Positions 9,517-20,253 of a DNA stretch of 64,000 nucleotides are shown here, one piece after another (positions within the stretch are counted from its first letter, which is position 1; the number at the start of each line of letters is the position of its first letter). Position numbers and translations under genes: made by a program. The notes under the pieces were generated by a model that was not told the origin of the DNA, ran no database searches, and saw only the letters and a program-made list of their open reading frames with translations. The stretch lies in the IMG/VR virus record IMGVR_UViG_3300050821_003315. One strand, given 5' to 3'. This DNA is from a virus.

Positions 9517-9885
9517 ATGCCGTTCACGCATGAAATGACTGCCGTCTCCACTCATATGCCCGCGCGTGAACTGCGCAAGGGGCATGTCATTCGCTTCTAT
9601 CAGGACACCGTTACCGAATTCCATCACAGTGAAGGGCGTAAGCCTGAGTTTAGTACTCAGGTCTACGTGGGCACCGTGAGCGATGATGCGTCCACCTATG
9701 GTGAGACCATTACCGACATCAATATCGACCTACTAGGCAGGTTCGATTTCCGTCCGTGCACTCCTGTAGAGGTTATCTGTGACCCTGAGGGTATGCGTCT
9801 CCCGTTCAATGAGGAGATGCCCCCGGAGTACACCATTGGTCGGCCTAGTGCGGCCATCACTAACTGCGAGTACATTAACGAGTAG
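9517..9885 (+). CDS. Hypothetical protein
   Basis: AAGGGG RBS; track ORF. Confidence 0.7.
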   Translation: MPFTHEMTAVSTHMPARELRKGHVIRFYQDTVTEFHHSEGRKPEFSTQVYVGTVSDDASTYGETITDINIDLLGRFDFRPCTPVEVICDPEGMRLPFNEEMPPEYTIGRPSAAITNCEYINE

Positions 9886-9913
9886 CAGCCAATTCGTTTG
9901 GGGGAACAAATTA

Positions 9914-10258
9914 GTGCTGCTGGCAATCTCATTCATACTGGCAATCTCCGGTTGCATTAGCCTATGGCTAATCAGCCACCACAAGGCAAGAATTGGATGG
10001 TGGGTTAACCTCGCTATCCAAGCGCTTTGGATTCCATACGACATTCGCGTGCATGCCTACGGGCTAATCACAACGTCAGTCGTTACGGTGTTCGTCGCGC
10101 GTTCATCGCTGCGAAAGGTTAAGGCCGCTGCCATTAAGGCACGTGCTGCCAAGCAAGCTGCTATTCATGATGCCGAATCCTTGCTAGCCAATCGCACACG
10201 GGTACACAGTCAAACGTACTACCACATCCAAGCTAGTCCGGAACTAGTCAATGCTTAG
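9914..10258 (+). CDS. Small multi-pass membrane protein (weakly PnuC-like)
   Basis: Hydrophobic segments, IGWWVNLAIQALWIPY...AYGLI; likely GTG start after GGGGG within track ORF 9779..10258. Confidence 0.55.
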   Translation: MLLAISFILAISGCISLWLISHHKARIGWWVNLAIQALWIPYDIRVHAYGLITTSVVTVFVARSSLRKVKAAAIKARAAKQAAIHDAESLLANRTRVHSQTYYHIQASPELVNA

Positions 10259-10266
10259 GGGAAGCA

Positions 10267-10590
10267 ATGCAAGGGCTGAAATTCGAATACGTGCCGTACG
10301 GCGAACGTCACCAGGTATTCGCGATGGAAGACGATTACGCCGTGGCGTTCATTGAATGGAAAGCATACGGTAACGTCACGCTCGTCTATGTCACTCACGG
10401 ATATAGGCGCATGGGCGTAGGTACCCAACTGCTAGACCACGCTATTCACTGCGCTCGCAAGCGAGGAATTCAGCAGCCTACCTACAGCGATAGCTACACG
10501 CCAGCCGGCACTGCGCTAATGCACGCGTATACCGGTGAGTATCACGAGCCTACGCTTAACCCCGATGACAAGGTAAAGGTGGCCGCATGA
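10267..10590 (+). CDS. GNAT-family acetyltransferase
   Basis: Acetyl-CoA motif A: VYVTHGYRRMGVGTQLL. Confidence 0.8.
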   Translation: MQGLKFEYVPYGERHQVFAMEDDYAVAFIEWKAYGNVTLVYVTHGYRRMGVGTQLLDHAIHCARKRGIQQPTYSDSYTPAGTALMHAYTGEYHEPTLNPDDKVKVAA

Positions 10591-12421
10591 CCGTGTATAA
10601 CGCTGGCACTTGGACACAGACCATGGTGAGGGAATCGCTGTATCGCTTCGCTCTCGATAAGGGCGACATCAGCGGCACTATTACCCGCGCGGTAAATGAG
10701 GGGCATTCGTTCATCAATACCAAGTACGGCATTACGGAGGTTAGCTTTCACTCCATTGCCGATGACGGTACCACGCTGTTCACGCTGCACACGCATAAGC
10801 GGACGCCCGCGCTAATGGCCGATGCTACTGACGACATGGGGTAGCCGTGGAATTGCTTGGCAAACTAGTAGGCATTCTAGGCATAGTGATAATCGTTGAC
10901 CTTGCAATAATCGTAATAATGCTAGCCCTACACCTTCACTAAAGGAGTAACAATGGGAATCGACTATGACACGCTACTCAAGGATATGCACCTAGCGCAT
11001 GAGCGCGAAATGATGTTCACTCCCGACCCATCTGCTTACGAGGTATTCAACTGGTCTCATGGTGCGTGGCTAGCCACGTTCGCATTCATCGATGACGCCG
11101 AGCAATTCATTCGCAATGCGCCGGACCCTAGCGCGCTGGCAATCCGAATCAAGTAAGGAGTAACACAATGGCTCTTCCCGTTCGCGACGCTAAGTCCGGT
11201 CGATTCGTTAAGGCGACTGCCAAGCCTGCCGTTCCTTCCCCGCGTGATGTTTTCAAGCCGCGCATTCCTGAGCAGTCCAAGCCTACCGACCGCCGCGCGC
11301 ATGGCTACAAGGGACCGCTCACCCGTGATGACCTTGCCACTGCCCGCGTTCCTAGCCCCGCTGAGATGCGCAGCCGTCGCGCCTAGGTAATCTCACACCA
11401 ATCAGCCATACGAGAGCGTTACGCGCCGTTCTGACGCGTTCTAGGGGGACACATGGACATCCGGCAGAAGATACTCCGGGACCTGCTACGTGCTGAGAAC
11501 GATGCGGCCAACGTGCGGGTACGTGTGGGGCAACTGCGCAACCTGCTCACCACTCCTGCTATCGAACTAACGTCAAACCTGCTGAAAACCGCAGAGTCGT
11601 GGTCACGTGACCTTATGACGTTTGGCGCTTGCATCGAATCGATGGGTGATGAGATGCTAGGCCATATCGACACCGTAACTGACATGACCATACCGCCTAT
11701 CATCGTGCCTATTGGCAGGGATGACGTAACGGACGCGCTTAATGCGGCGCAAATCTCGTGGAAGTGGGCTGATGTCGATGACTGACGCTATCGTGCCTGA
11801 CCTTATCGTGCAACAGACATATGACCCTAGCGAGAAACAAAACTTGTACTTGAATGGGCACGATAATGGTCCAAGTCGCTACACTAGCGAACCGTATCTG
11901 TACGTGGAAAACCATTCCGGTCGGCCCGTAATCGTCACGGTATCAGAAGCACCCGAGCCGGAATGGACAGACGCGCAAGCACTCTCCACTATGGAGTCTG
12001 TCAGTGCGCCACGGTGGCGCAAGAACAGTGCTCGCAAGTACCTCTCACGCCGCCTTTCGGAAGGATACGGATAATGACGGAACTGCTGCCTGTAGGCACG
12101 CGCGTTAAGTTCATTTCCTCACCCACGGTAGGCAATGCTCTCGTTGGACATGAGGGGATAATCATAGCGGTCCGTCCTAGCGATAAGTATAGAGAATATA
12201 GTTCGTATGACGTGCATGTTGACGATAGGGAAGTGTTCACTTTTTCGCATCGCGTTGTGGCCGTAAAGCCTAAGCCTGCCCCGTGGGCCGGATTCCACTA
12301 TCACGTTCACCGTGATGGGGTGGACAATCCCGTGGCAGGTTTTGACATCATTGGTGATGCGCTCGAATACATCAGGCGCGGTAGCAACACCCGCGAGTAC
12401 TCAATCAAGACGGGACAGTAA
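10587..12421 (+). CDS. Run of hypothetical genes (10587-10844, 10953-11156, 11168-11386, 11453-11785, ~11778-12074, ~12074-12421)
   Basis: Track ORFs, several with AAGGAG RBS. Confidence 0.6.
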
Positions 12422-12717
12422 TGACTGACTGGTCATGGAATGATGATGCCGCACTTTGGCAGATGAAATACGACAATCTCCGCGCGGCTAGCGCAGAGGC
12501 GTACCTACGTGCCCGCCTAGCGGGTCACTCGCAGTGGGAAGCCAATGCCGTTGCAACTCAGGAGGTTCCCGCGTGATTGCGATTTGGTTCCTAGTGTGGT
12601 GGGCACACAACTTCCCCGCCGTGCATCCGTGGAACACATGGTTTATCACCATGATTATCTCAATCGTCCTGCTCTAACGCTAAACCACCTAACAAACTAC
12701 CTAACGGAGTAACAACA

Positions 12718-13263
12718 ATGCCTAACCTAATGACCGTTCTGAACCTTGACGTTCACCAGTCCCTCGCGGATACGCTTAACCGCAACCGTGCGCAGCGCGC
12801 CGAAATCTACTGGAAGATTGGGCGTCAGCTTAACCTAGAGTACGGTGCGCCTGGTTCCAGCTACATTCCCGGTAGCGACATGGAAAAGCTAATGGACATG
12901 TACAGCGTGTCGAACACCTACGTAACCGCCATGCGGCGGTTCGCTGCTCACGAGGATAGCGACACGGTTACCCGTGCGCGGTCTGTCATAGCTGAGTATC
13001 GTACGTGGTACGGCATCATGAACCGTTTCCTGCGTGGTCTGTCGCCAGACGCGCTCATTCCTGCGCAGCGCAACTACCAGGCCAGTGCGGCGGGTTTCGT
13101 CGTGCCAGAGGCTACCGTGGATGCGTTCGCCGCGCGGTTCGGCTTCTCTCACGCGATGGCTCAGAGGCTAATGCGTGAGTACGCCCATGACACGGACTGG
13201 CTTGCCAGTGTGTTCACGCTGCGAGCGCAACGCGATGGCCATCGGCCTGTTACCGAAAGGTAA
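12718..13263 (+). CDS. Hypothetical protein (181 aa, helical)
   Basis: GGAG RBS; long ORF with phage-like codon usage. Confidence 0.75.
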   Translation: MPNLMTVLNLDVHQSLADTLNRNRAQRAEIYWKIGRQLNLEYGAPGSSYIPGSDMEKLMDMYSVSNTYVTAMRRFAAHEDSDTVTRARSVIAEYRTWYGIMNRFLRGLSPDALIPAQRNYQASAAGFVVPEATVDAFAARFGFSHAMAQRLMREYAHDTDWLASVFTLRAQRDGHRPVTER

Positions 13264-13993
13264 GCAATGATACTCAGTACTTGGATTCTGGTCCTGACGC
13301 TAATCGTCATGAGCGTAGTGCTGGCAATTGGCATTAATCATCTCCTGGTTAATGAGTACGACATTTGCCATGCCATTGCGCATTGCAAGTTGAATTACTA
13401 GAAAGGGGGTGGGCGGTAATGCATAAGTACGACGTGCGATTGTGGCAGGGTAAAGCCGTAATCCAATGGGATGACGAGAGCGAAGAAATGTTCATTACTC
13501 GCATGACTGGCGATTACCGCCCGCTTATCCCGCCAATTCGAATTCATGCCAGCCGAGCAGTAAGGGATAGCTAATGATTTACGTAATAGGAATTGCCTAT
13601 GCGCTGGTCATTGGGGCATTCTGGCTGGCTAAGCATTACCTAGGCGCGCATTTCGCGAACGATGCCCTGGCTTTCGCATCAGGCTTCGCCATCGTGTATT
13701 ACACGACTGCCATTGTCCGGATGAAAAACCAAATTGAGCGACTGGAAATTCGGCAATCTCGTATCGAAAGGAATCTAGTGCCATGAGTTACCCCGTGACC
13801 GTTAGGCTGCCAGATGGCAGCACCGCAGAGTCTGACCTAGAGTCCATCGTTGCGCAGCTTGCGGACACTGTTGGCTCGCTTACCAGAGAGCTAGCGCAGT
13901 GCAAGGAACTGCTAGGTGCCAAGCCTCACTCTGGTAGCGATGTCCAGACTGGTTGTTACCTGTAACCCTAGTGGGTTATTCTTTTAAAGGTGT

Positions 13994-14070
13994 TGCTGTG
14001 TGGTCTGTGTCTTCGAGCGCTAGGCTCTCCGAGCCGCTAGCTCTACGACACAGCCTACCACACACTAGCA
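13994..14070. other. Long imperfect intergenic hairpin
   Basis: TGTGTGGT/ACCACACA, CTGTGTC/GACACAG and GGCTC-tcc-GAGCC are nested. Confidence 0.6.
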
Positions 14071-14082
14071 AATGAGGGGTAC

Positions 14083-14274
14083 TGACCCACCAAAAAGCTT
14101 TACTGGCAAGTGCTTTCAAGCGTAATTAGGTAAATCCTAGCTTGGGTCACGTGACCCAACACGTGACCCACCTCCTGACCTGCGGTTTTACCTGACCCAA
14201 GACTTAATGACCCACGGTTCAGAGGTGTGACCCACCACATGACCCACCACGTGACCCACCTTAGAGAGGACCCA
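14083..14274. repeat. TGACCCA iteron cluster with an 18-bp palindrome; candidate replication origin
   Basis: TGACCCA at 14083, 14152, 14164, 14193, 14208, 14228, 14240 and 14252. Palindrome TTGGGTCACGTGACCCAA at 14142-14159. Confidence 0.75.
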
Positions 14275-14980
14275 AGTAATGCCTACAGGCTGGCTAACCG
14301 ACGAACAGCGTCTTGAGCAAACCGCTGACCGTGACCCTGCTGAGTGGCTAGCGGTTCGCGTGCTGCAAGACTGCAACATGAGCCAACTAATGATGGATGA
14401 CGCCCGCAAGGTGCTCGCTGACCTTGGATGGCCAGACCTTGCTATCAAGGTCGCATCGGGGGAGCGTGTGTGACCGCCTTTAGGCGAGCGCTGCTGTGCT
14501 TGTGGATAATGGTGGTGGCGCTTCTCAATCCGATATGGCTTCCCGCCATGATAATTGGGTGCGTTGGCACGTTCATCGCTAAGAATGATTTCCTCCTATT
14601 CGGAGACTGGCTATTCAGTGGCTTTGTTTTCGTAGGCGATAAAATCCTAGGGGATTAATTGACAGAAGATGAGGCAATAGCCGTTCTAAAGGACCCATTT
14701 GCAGGTCCGTCAATGCGATGGGATGCCAAGTGCGCATTGCGTTGGCTTCACCATTGGCCGGAAAGAGCAATTGGGGCACTAAGTGAAAGGGGCCACCGTG
14801 AAGCTAGCTGAGCACATCCCCAAGCACATTCTTTTCTACATGCATAAGGTGTGGGTGCATCCTATTCGCTCTTACCGCGAATTCCCTCCCACATGTGATA
14901 CTTGCGGTGCCACGTGGGGCCGCAACGGCTGGATTAAGCCGCGCAATACCAATTAATTCAATTCAACGAAAGGCATAACA

Positions 14981-15370
14981 ATGAAGACCATTACTGACGC
15001 CGAATTCACCGCCATGGTTTCGCGCAAGGGCCAGAACGAGAAGCACGATTACAACCTGCTTTTCAACGGTGAGCCGCACATCCTTGAAAAGGGTGTGGAC
15101 TTCACGGGTGACCCCAACGCCAAGCGCGTGTCTGTGCAGGCTGCTGGCCGACGCTACGGCGTGAAGGTTAAGACCGGCCTGACTGCCGATGGCGATGTTC
15201 TCATCCGCGCTAAGGCCATCGTGAAGCCGCTAGAGCAGGTTCCTGTTGAGTCGGTGGCTGACGCCACGGATGACACGGACACGCCTGAGGATGGCGCTAC
15301 GGGCCTTACGCAGCCTACTGCGGTGCCGTCGCCGCCGGCTAAGCCGCGCGCTCGCAAGACTGCCAGCTAA
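14981..15370 (+). CDS. Hypothetical protein
   Basis: GAAAGG RBS; low-complexity C-terminus. Confidence 0.75.
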   Translation: MKTITDAEFTAMVSRKGQNEKHDYNLLFNGEPHILEKGVDFTGDPNAKRVSVQAAGRRYGVKVKTGLTADGDVLIRAKAIVKPLEQVPVESVADATDDTDTPEDGATGLTQPTAVPSPPAKPRARKTAS

Positions 15371-15397
15371 GTAACACCACGGGACGGGGGAATCCAA

Positions 15398-15835
15398 ATG
15401 CGCACAACTCATCTGTTCTGTTATGGAACTTTGCGTGCCCAAGGTGGCGCGGGTAATGCCATCAAGGGCTTGCGCGGCATGTTCGTAGGAACTGCCTACC
15501 TAGACGGATACGAGATGTGTGAGCGCAATTGGATTCCCTACGTTCTGCCCGGCACGGGCACCATTACGGGTGACCTGGTTTCCTTTCACGAATCTGACAT
15601 TGCCGCCGCGCTTAGGTACCTTGATACTTACGAGGGTTATCACCCTAACCGTGAGGCGCACTGCAACTACTGGCGACGTGGGGTTAAGGTTCAGGCTGCT
15701 GACAACGGGGACATCGTTGATGCATGGTGTTACGTCTCCAATCCTAACCTCGTGCGACCATCCCAAGACTTTGGCTTCACTAAGATTCCTGATGGCGATT
15801 ACGTCAAGTACACGTCTCCTTGGAGGGAAAGCTAA
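15398..15835 (+). CDS. Gamma-glutamylcyclotransferase (AIG2-like)
   Basis: LFCYGTLR N-terminal motif, LDTYEG, AWCY. Confidence 0.85.
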   Translation: MRTTHLFCYGTLRAQGGAGNAIKGLRGMFVGTAYLDGYEMCERNWIPYVLPGTGTITGDLVSFHESDIAAALRYLDTYEGYHPNREAHCNYWRRGVKVQAADNGDIVDAWCYVSNPNLVRPSQDFGFTKIPDGDYVKYTSPWRES

Positions 15836-18133
15836 ATGCCCCGCATAACTCCTAATAGCGATTACACGCCGTCTGTTGGCGACCTGGTGTCAGTGGGCAA
15901 TAACTTTGTGCCGCGCGGCATCGCATGCGTGGCTTCTGTCGTGGGCAGTGGTGACCGGGCTAGTGTCGTCTTGCGTGGGCGCAACACCTCAGAAGAGGTG
16001 CAAGAGTTTACGGACACGATTTTCTACTGGCGTATGTATGGCTTGCACAAGGTTGATATGCCTGAGCCTCCCGTTGCTGTTGACCAGTTCGTACTATCAC
16101 GTAACTCGCCTTACGGCGCGGGACCTTTCACTGTCACGCGCGTCAGCAACAGCATCCTGTATCCCAGCGAGGATTACGGGCACCACGTCATTCACTTCAC
16201 GAGTACCAGCAACGATAGCGATAGCGATAGCGATAACAATGCTCACCAAGAGTACTGGCAGACATTGCACACTGATTACGGCTACCGGCTGCCAAGCAGT
16301 TACTCGCGTACGCCCATGCGTAGGCAGTCGTTTGACTCGTGGCTTGACCCAACTGTAGAGGAGACCAACGTGCCTTATGCGCCTGCTGTTGGCGATGTCA
16401 TCACCGTCAATGAGCGCTATGAGAACTACTATGGCCCGGCACCGCTAACTGTTGATGTCGTACGCCCGTGCGGTCGGTGCCCGGACCACTATGAGTACGA
16501 GAACCGTACCGTTGTGGAAATCGTGAATGCCGATGGCACTCGTCATGACCACCACCTTGCGCGTTGGCGTGAGCGTGGCATGCGCCGCGCGGACGGCAGG
16601 CGTCCGGGTATGGGGCCTGTTGGCTCTGAGCCTGCCGATGCAAACCCTCCGCTGGTCATCCCTGCGGGTGAGCGGTACCCGATTACCGGGGAGCGTGCGG
16701 AAGAACTGTCGTTCCATTACGACCGTAATGTCTACGGTAGCGGGACGTATGGCTACGCCATTCTGTCACGTACTCAGGATGAAGCGCGTAATAACACCAA
16801 TGATGGTCGCGCGCTCATGCACCTGCACCGTGGGCTTGTCCTCATGACGCACTGCCAGCAGTCGCGTCGTTACGGCAGTTGGAACTTCACCCTTATCGAC
16901 ACCGCCGGTGCTTACGACGGTAATGAAGACGAGGGAATTGCCATAGGTTATGATGTCGATGGCTTTGACCCTGATGGATTCGATGAGGAGGGTTACAACG
17001 CCGATGGCTACGACTCTAGTGGCTACAACGCCGATGGCTACAACCGTGACGGCTACAACGTCGATGGCTACGATGATGAGGGTTACGACCCTGAGGGTTA
17101 CGATGAAGACGGAGTAGACCGTTATGGCGACAGTCGCTATGACGACTCTTCCGATTCCGCTGGGCTGCACTCGTGGGACTACAAGCCCACACCGCTTTTC
17201 AAGGCTAAGGCTGACGACCCTCAGCCTAAGACCTTTTACGGCATCGAAATCGAGATGACATCAGACTGTTCTCCGGAAGAGATGGACCTGATTAAGGACC
17301 TTGGGAGGGCTGAGGAACTTATCTACCCCAAGAGCGACGGCAGTGTTGCGGGATTTGAACTGAACACTCACCCCATGACATGGGCGTGGGCAACGGCCGA
17401 ATTCCCGTTTGACATTGTGAAGAAGCTTGCTAGTGAAGGTGCTTCCGTTAACGAGCGGGAGAATGGCATTCACGTTCACGTCAGTCGTGACGGTTTCTCC
17501 AGTGAAGCGCACATGTTCAGGTGGATGAAGTTCGTCTACCGAAACCAGGCGCATGCCGAGCGCATCGCAGGGCGTAGGTCGGACCAGTGGGCTGGCTTCC
17601 GTGATGGTCATAGGGAAACGCAAAAGGCGCATGCCCTTAACCAGATGAAGCTACGCGCTCGCACTGAGCGTGAGTCGCGCGGTGAGCGTTACCGTTCGCG
17701 TACTGGCATCGACACCGACGACACCATTGCTAGCCGTTACTCGGCAATCAACACGTGCAACCGCCATACCTTGGAAGTGCGAATCTTCGCTTCCACCACT
17801 GACCCTAGTGTGTTCCGCACCAGGGTTGGGTTCGTGGCCGCTAGTGTTGAGTACACCAGGCAGCTTACGGCTAACGCCGTGGCTAAGGGTGGCTGGGACT
17901 GGTCAGCGTTCCGTACATGGCTGCTGGAAAACCGGGAGACGTACCCGGACCTTGCAGCCTTTGAGAAGGTCGTACAGGAGAGTGAGAAGACTGAAGCCAA
18001 GCGTGAGGTTCAGGGCGAACAGCGCAGGCGGCTACGTCGCGAGTGGATGACATCGGATGAACTGCTCTCGTTTGCGGAGTTCTTGTCCCGTCATGATTCG
18101 TCGGAGGAAACCGTTGAGGCAGAGCTGTTCTAG
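15836..18133 (+). CDS. Putative amidoligase (glutamine-synthetase-like COOH-NH2 ligase) with N-terminal repeat domains
   Basis: YGIEIEM, KSDGSV.GFELNTHPM, GIHVHVS, RYSAIN, TLEVRIF motifs; lies between GGCT and GATase genes. Confidence 0.85.
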   Translation: MPRITPNSDYTPSVGDLVSVGNNFVPRGIACVASVVGSGDRASVVLRGRNTSEEVQEFTDTIFYWRMYGLHKVDMPEPPVAVDQFVLSRNSPYGAGPFTVTRVSNSILYPSEDYGHHVIHFTSTSNDSDSDSDNNAHQEYWQTLHTDYGYRLPSSYSRTPMRRQSFDSWLDPTVEETNVPYAPAVGDVITVNERYENYYGPAPLTVDVVRPCGRCPDHYEYENRTVVEIVNADGTRHDHHLARWRERGMRRADGRRPGMGPVGSEPADANPPLVIPAGERYPITGERAEELSFHYDRNVYGSGTYGYAILSRTQDEARNNTNDGRALMHLHRGLVLMTHCQQSRRYGSWNFTLIDTAGAYDGNEDEGIAIGYDVDGFDPDGFDEEGYNADGYDSSGYNADGYNRDGYNVDGYDDEGYDPEGYDEDGVDRYGDSRYDDSSDSAGLHSWDYKPTPLFKAKADDPQPKTFYGIEIEMTSDCSPEEMDLIKDLGRAEELIYPKSDGSVAGFELNTHPMTWAWATAEFPFDIVKKLASEGASVNERENGIHVHVSRDGFSSEAHMFRWMKFVYRNQAHAERIAGRRSDQWAGFRDGHRETQKAHALNQMKLRARTERESRGERYRSRTGIDTDDTIASRYSAINTCNRHTLEVRIFASTTDPSVFRTRVGFVAASVEYTRQLTANAVAKGGWDWSAFRTWLLENRETYPDLAAFEKVVQESEKTEAKREVQGEQRRRLRREWMTSDELLSFAEFLSRHDSSEETVEAELF
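16946..17131 (+). repeat. 15-bp coding repeats encoding acidic G(Y/F)(D/N)xx pentapeptides
   Basis: GYDVD GFDPD GFDEE GYNAD GYDSS GYNAD GYNRD GYNVD GYDDE GYDPE GYDED. Confidence 0.9.
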
Positions 18134-18159
18134 GGAATAGCCGCTCTACCGGGTCTGTT
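18134..18159 (+). promoter_or_regulatory. SigR/SigH-type ECF promoter
   Basis: GGAAT-N18-GTT immediately after the amidoligase stop codon. Confidence 0.7.
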
Positions 18160-18166
18160 GTAATAC

Positions 18167-18246
18167 TTGGCAGGGCGCACACGAGATGCACCGTCCCCCG
18201 CACGGCAGCCTAGACCCCGCTGCCTAACTCGTGTGCGCCTTGTCAA
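18167..18246 (+). ncRNA. Structured leader or small RNA with C-rich loops
   Basis: TTGGCAGGGCGCACACGAG pairs with CTCGTGTGCGCCTTGTCAA; inner GGCAGC-ctagacccc-GCTGCC plus a CCCCC tract. Confidence 0.5.
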
Positions 18247-18297
18247 TTCGCGCGTGCGCTGCGATGCGCCGCAATTCCTACTTAAGAGGTCTGTAAT

Positions 18298-19932
18298 ATG
18301 TGCCTACTTAGCTTCTATCCCCCGAATGTCCAGCCTGACTATGATGAACTGAGTGAGGGTATTCAGTCCAACCCCGATGGTTGTGGATTCGCCATTGTCC
18401 TTAACGATGGGACGCTAGTGGTCGAAAAGGCTATTGGCAAGGCGTTCACCGAAACCCGTGAGTCCAAGGCTAAGCCTGGTACGTTCTTTACGCAGAACGT
18501 GATTAACGTGGATGCCTGCTATGAGCTGGCACTGCGCTTCTGTGAGCTGCGTAAGGACAATCCGGGGACACCGGCGATGTTCCATAGCCGTTTCGCTACT
18601 GGCGGTGTTGAGGACACGCGTGGTTGTCATCCCTTTGACACTAACTGGAGTGGTAACGGTGCCGACGATAAGACGGTGCTTTGTCACAACGGTGTTTTCT
18701 TTTCTCCGCACGCTGGTGACTGGCGTAGTGACACGCGAATCTTCGCGGAAGTCCTTATGCCGGACTTGCTTAAGGGTGTGCTTAGGGTTAAGGACCCGAG
18801 CGACCTTATCAAGGCCAAGTTCAGGCAGCCTGCAAGCCTTTGGTCTAAGCGTGGCGTCAAGAAAATTGAAGCCTACCTAGGCGGGGGTAACAAGATTGCC
18901 ATTATCACCGTTAACCCTGAGGCTATGTCGCCTGCTGCTCGTGCTGCTGGTGCTCCGTGGGAGTACAAGATTTACAACGAGGACGCCGGCATCTGGACAC
19001 GTGAAGGTGCGTGGCACAGCAACAGCGCTTACGTGGTTCCTCGCAGGTCGGCCTACGTCGGCCAGACGTGGGACTACAAAACGGGCGAGTGGACGCGCAG
19101 TGATGACGGTTGGGCTAGTAGTGCGCCTGACACATGCGGGCTTGGCACGCAGTTCCGCGATGCTGAGGAGGGTGGTAGTGAGCGCGAAGACATCACGTGC
19201 TGCTTGTGTGGCCAGCCTAGGGTAGACGTTGTTACCCTCATCTGTGGCGCGTGTGACTCGTGCCAGGATTGCTACATGACAGACGATGAGTGCAGTTGCT
19301 TCACTCCTGCTGGCAGTCAGGTTCCCGCGCGGTCGCGTGATGATGGCTGGGAGCCTGAGTGGATGCGTCGCATGTTGGCGCAAGACCGCGCGCTGCTAGA
19401 GGGTACTGATGATAGTGCCACTGATTCACCTGCGATTTGCTCACCTGACGAAAAGGAGGCTGCACACCTGGCATTCAAGGCAGGAGAGCTATCGTATGGG
19501 GAGTTTCTTGAGCTGACGTGCGGCGAGTCGTGGGGTTGCTCGTGTCAGGTGTGGTGTGGTGAGTCTGGTTGCCTGCCAGATGACGACATCACGTTTGAGG
19601 ACGTGCTTCCCAACGTGTATGAGCCTATGGTGGGTGACCGTGTAAGGCTAGGTATCCGTGAGTGGCCTAAGGGCGTTAGCACTGTTGTCGAGATTAAGGA
19701 TGGCCGCGTGTCGCTTAAGAGCGAGAGCGGTAAGTCCATTGTGAGTGACAGTCTCGACAACTGGCGACGTGCGGAAATCAAGCTGGTCATGCGTCCGGCT
19801 GCTCCTGCTATCTTCAAGGACAGTGGCGACGTGCCCATGACGCAAGCCGAGCTAGAGAAGATTGCCGATGAAGTCGCGGCTGAGGTACTGGCCATGGCTG
19901 ACGAGGCTGAGGCTGAGGTTGGCTCTGACTAG
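18298..19932 (+). CDS. Class II (Ntn) glutamine amidotransferase with Cys-rich and repeat-domain C-terminal extension
   Basis: N-terminal MC nucleophile, NPDGCG, HSRFATGG, CHPF, HNG and SDTR motifs. Confidence 0.85.
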   Translation: MCLLSFYPPNVQPDYDELSEGIQSNPDGCGFAIVLNDGTLVVEKAIGKAFTETRESKAKPGTFFTQNVINVDACYELALRFCELRKDNPGTPAMFHSRFATGGVEDTRGCHPFDTNWSGNGADDKTVLCHNGVFFSPHAGDWRSDTRIFAEVLMPDLLKGVLRVKDPSDLIKAKFRQPASLWSKRGVKKIEAYLGGGNKIAIITVNPEAMSPAARAAGAPWEYKIYNEDAGIWTREGAWHSNSAYVVPRRSAYVGQTWDYKTGEWTRSDDGWASSAPDTCGLGTQFRDAEEGGSEREDITCCLCGQPRVDVVTLICGACDSCQDCYMTDDECSCFTPAGSQVPARSRDDGWEPEWMRRMLAQDRALLEGTDDSATDSPAICSPDEKEAAHLAFKAGELSYGEFLELTCGESWGCSCQVWCGESGCLPDDDITFEDVLPNVYEPMVGDRVRLGIREWPKGVSTVVEIKDGRVSLKSESGKSIVSDSLDNWRRAEIKLVMRPAAPAIFKDSGDVPMTQAELEKIADEVAAEVLAMADEAEAEVGSD

Positions 19933-19934
19933 CC

Positions 19935-19960
19935 GGAATAACCCCACGCCCCGCGTGGTT
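19935..19960 (+). promoter_or_regulatory. SigR/SigH-type ECF promoter
   Basis: GGAAT-N18-GTT just after the GATase stop codon. Confidence 0.7.
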
Positions 19961-19982
19961 CTAGTAGACGGAGGGACGCGAG

Positions 19983-20183
19983 ATGTACACACGTAAGCAG
20001 TTTCAAGACGTAGCGCGCATCCTGCGAACGCAGGTAGAGCGGTCGCGAGAGACTATGGGCGGGCAACTAGGCGGCATGACCGCGCTTAAGGCTACCGCTG
20101 AGGATTTCGCTGCGTACTTCGCTTTCGATAACGATGCGTTCGACCGCAACCGGTTCATGGAATCGGCCGGCTTCCCGTCGTAA
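19983..20183 (+). CDS. Conserved-looking phage hypothetical protein (TRKxF...DNxxFDxxRF)
   Basis: GGAGGG RBS; motif typical of small phage proteins. Confidence 0.7.
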   Translation: MYTRKQFQDVARILRTQVERSRETMGGQLGGMTALKATAEDFAAYFAFDNDAFDRNRFMESAGFPS

Positions 20184-20253
20184 CCCGACGGGTAGATACA
20201 ACTGAATAATAAGTGAATACCTTGCAAGGGAAAACACAAACAGAGGATTTCAA

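Noticed and set aside
14083-14274. CRISPR array
   Set aside because: The repeats are 7-10 bp with short, irregular spacers, and no cas genes are present.
16946-17131. Non-coding or CRISPR-like repeat
   Set aside because: It is an in-frame 15-bp periodicity encoding pentapeptide repeats.
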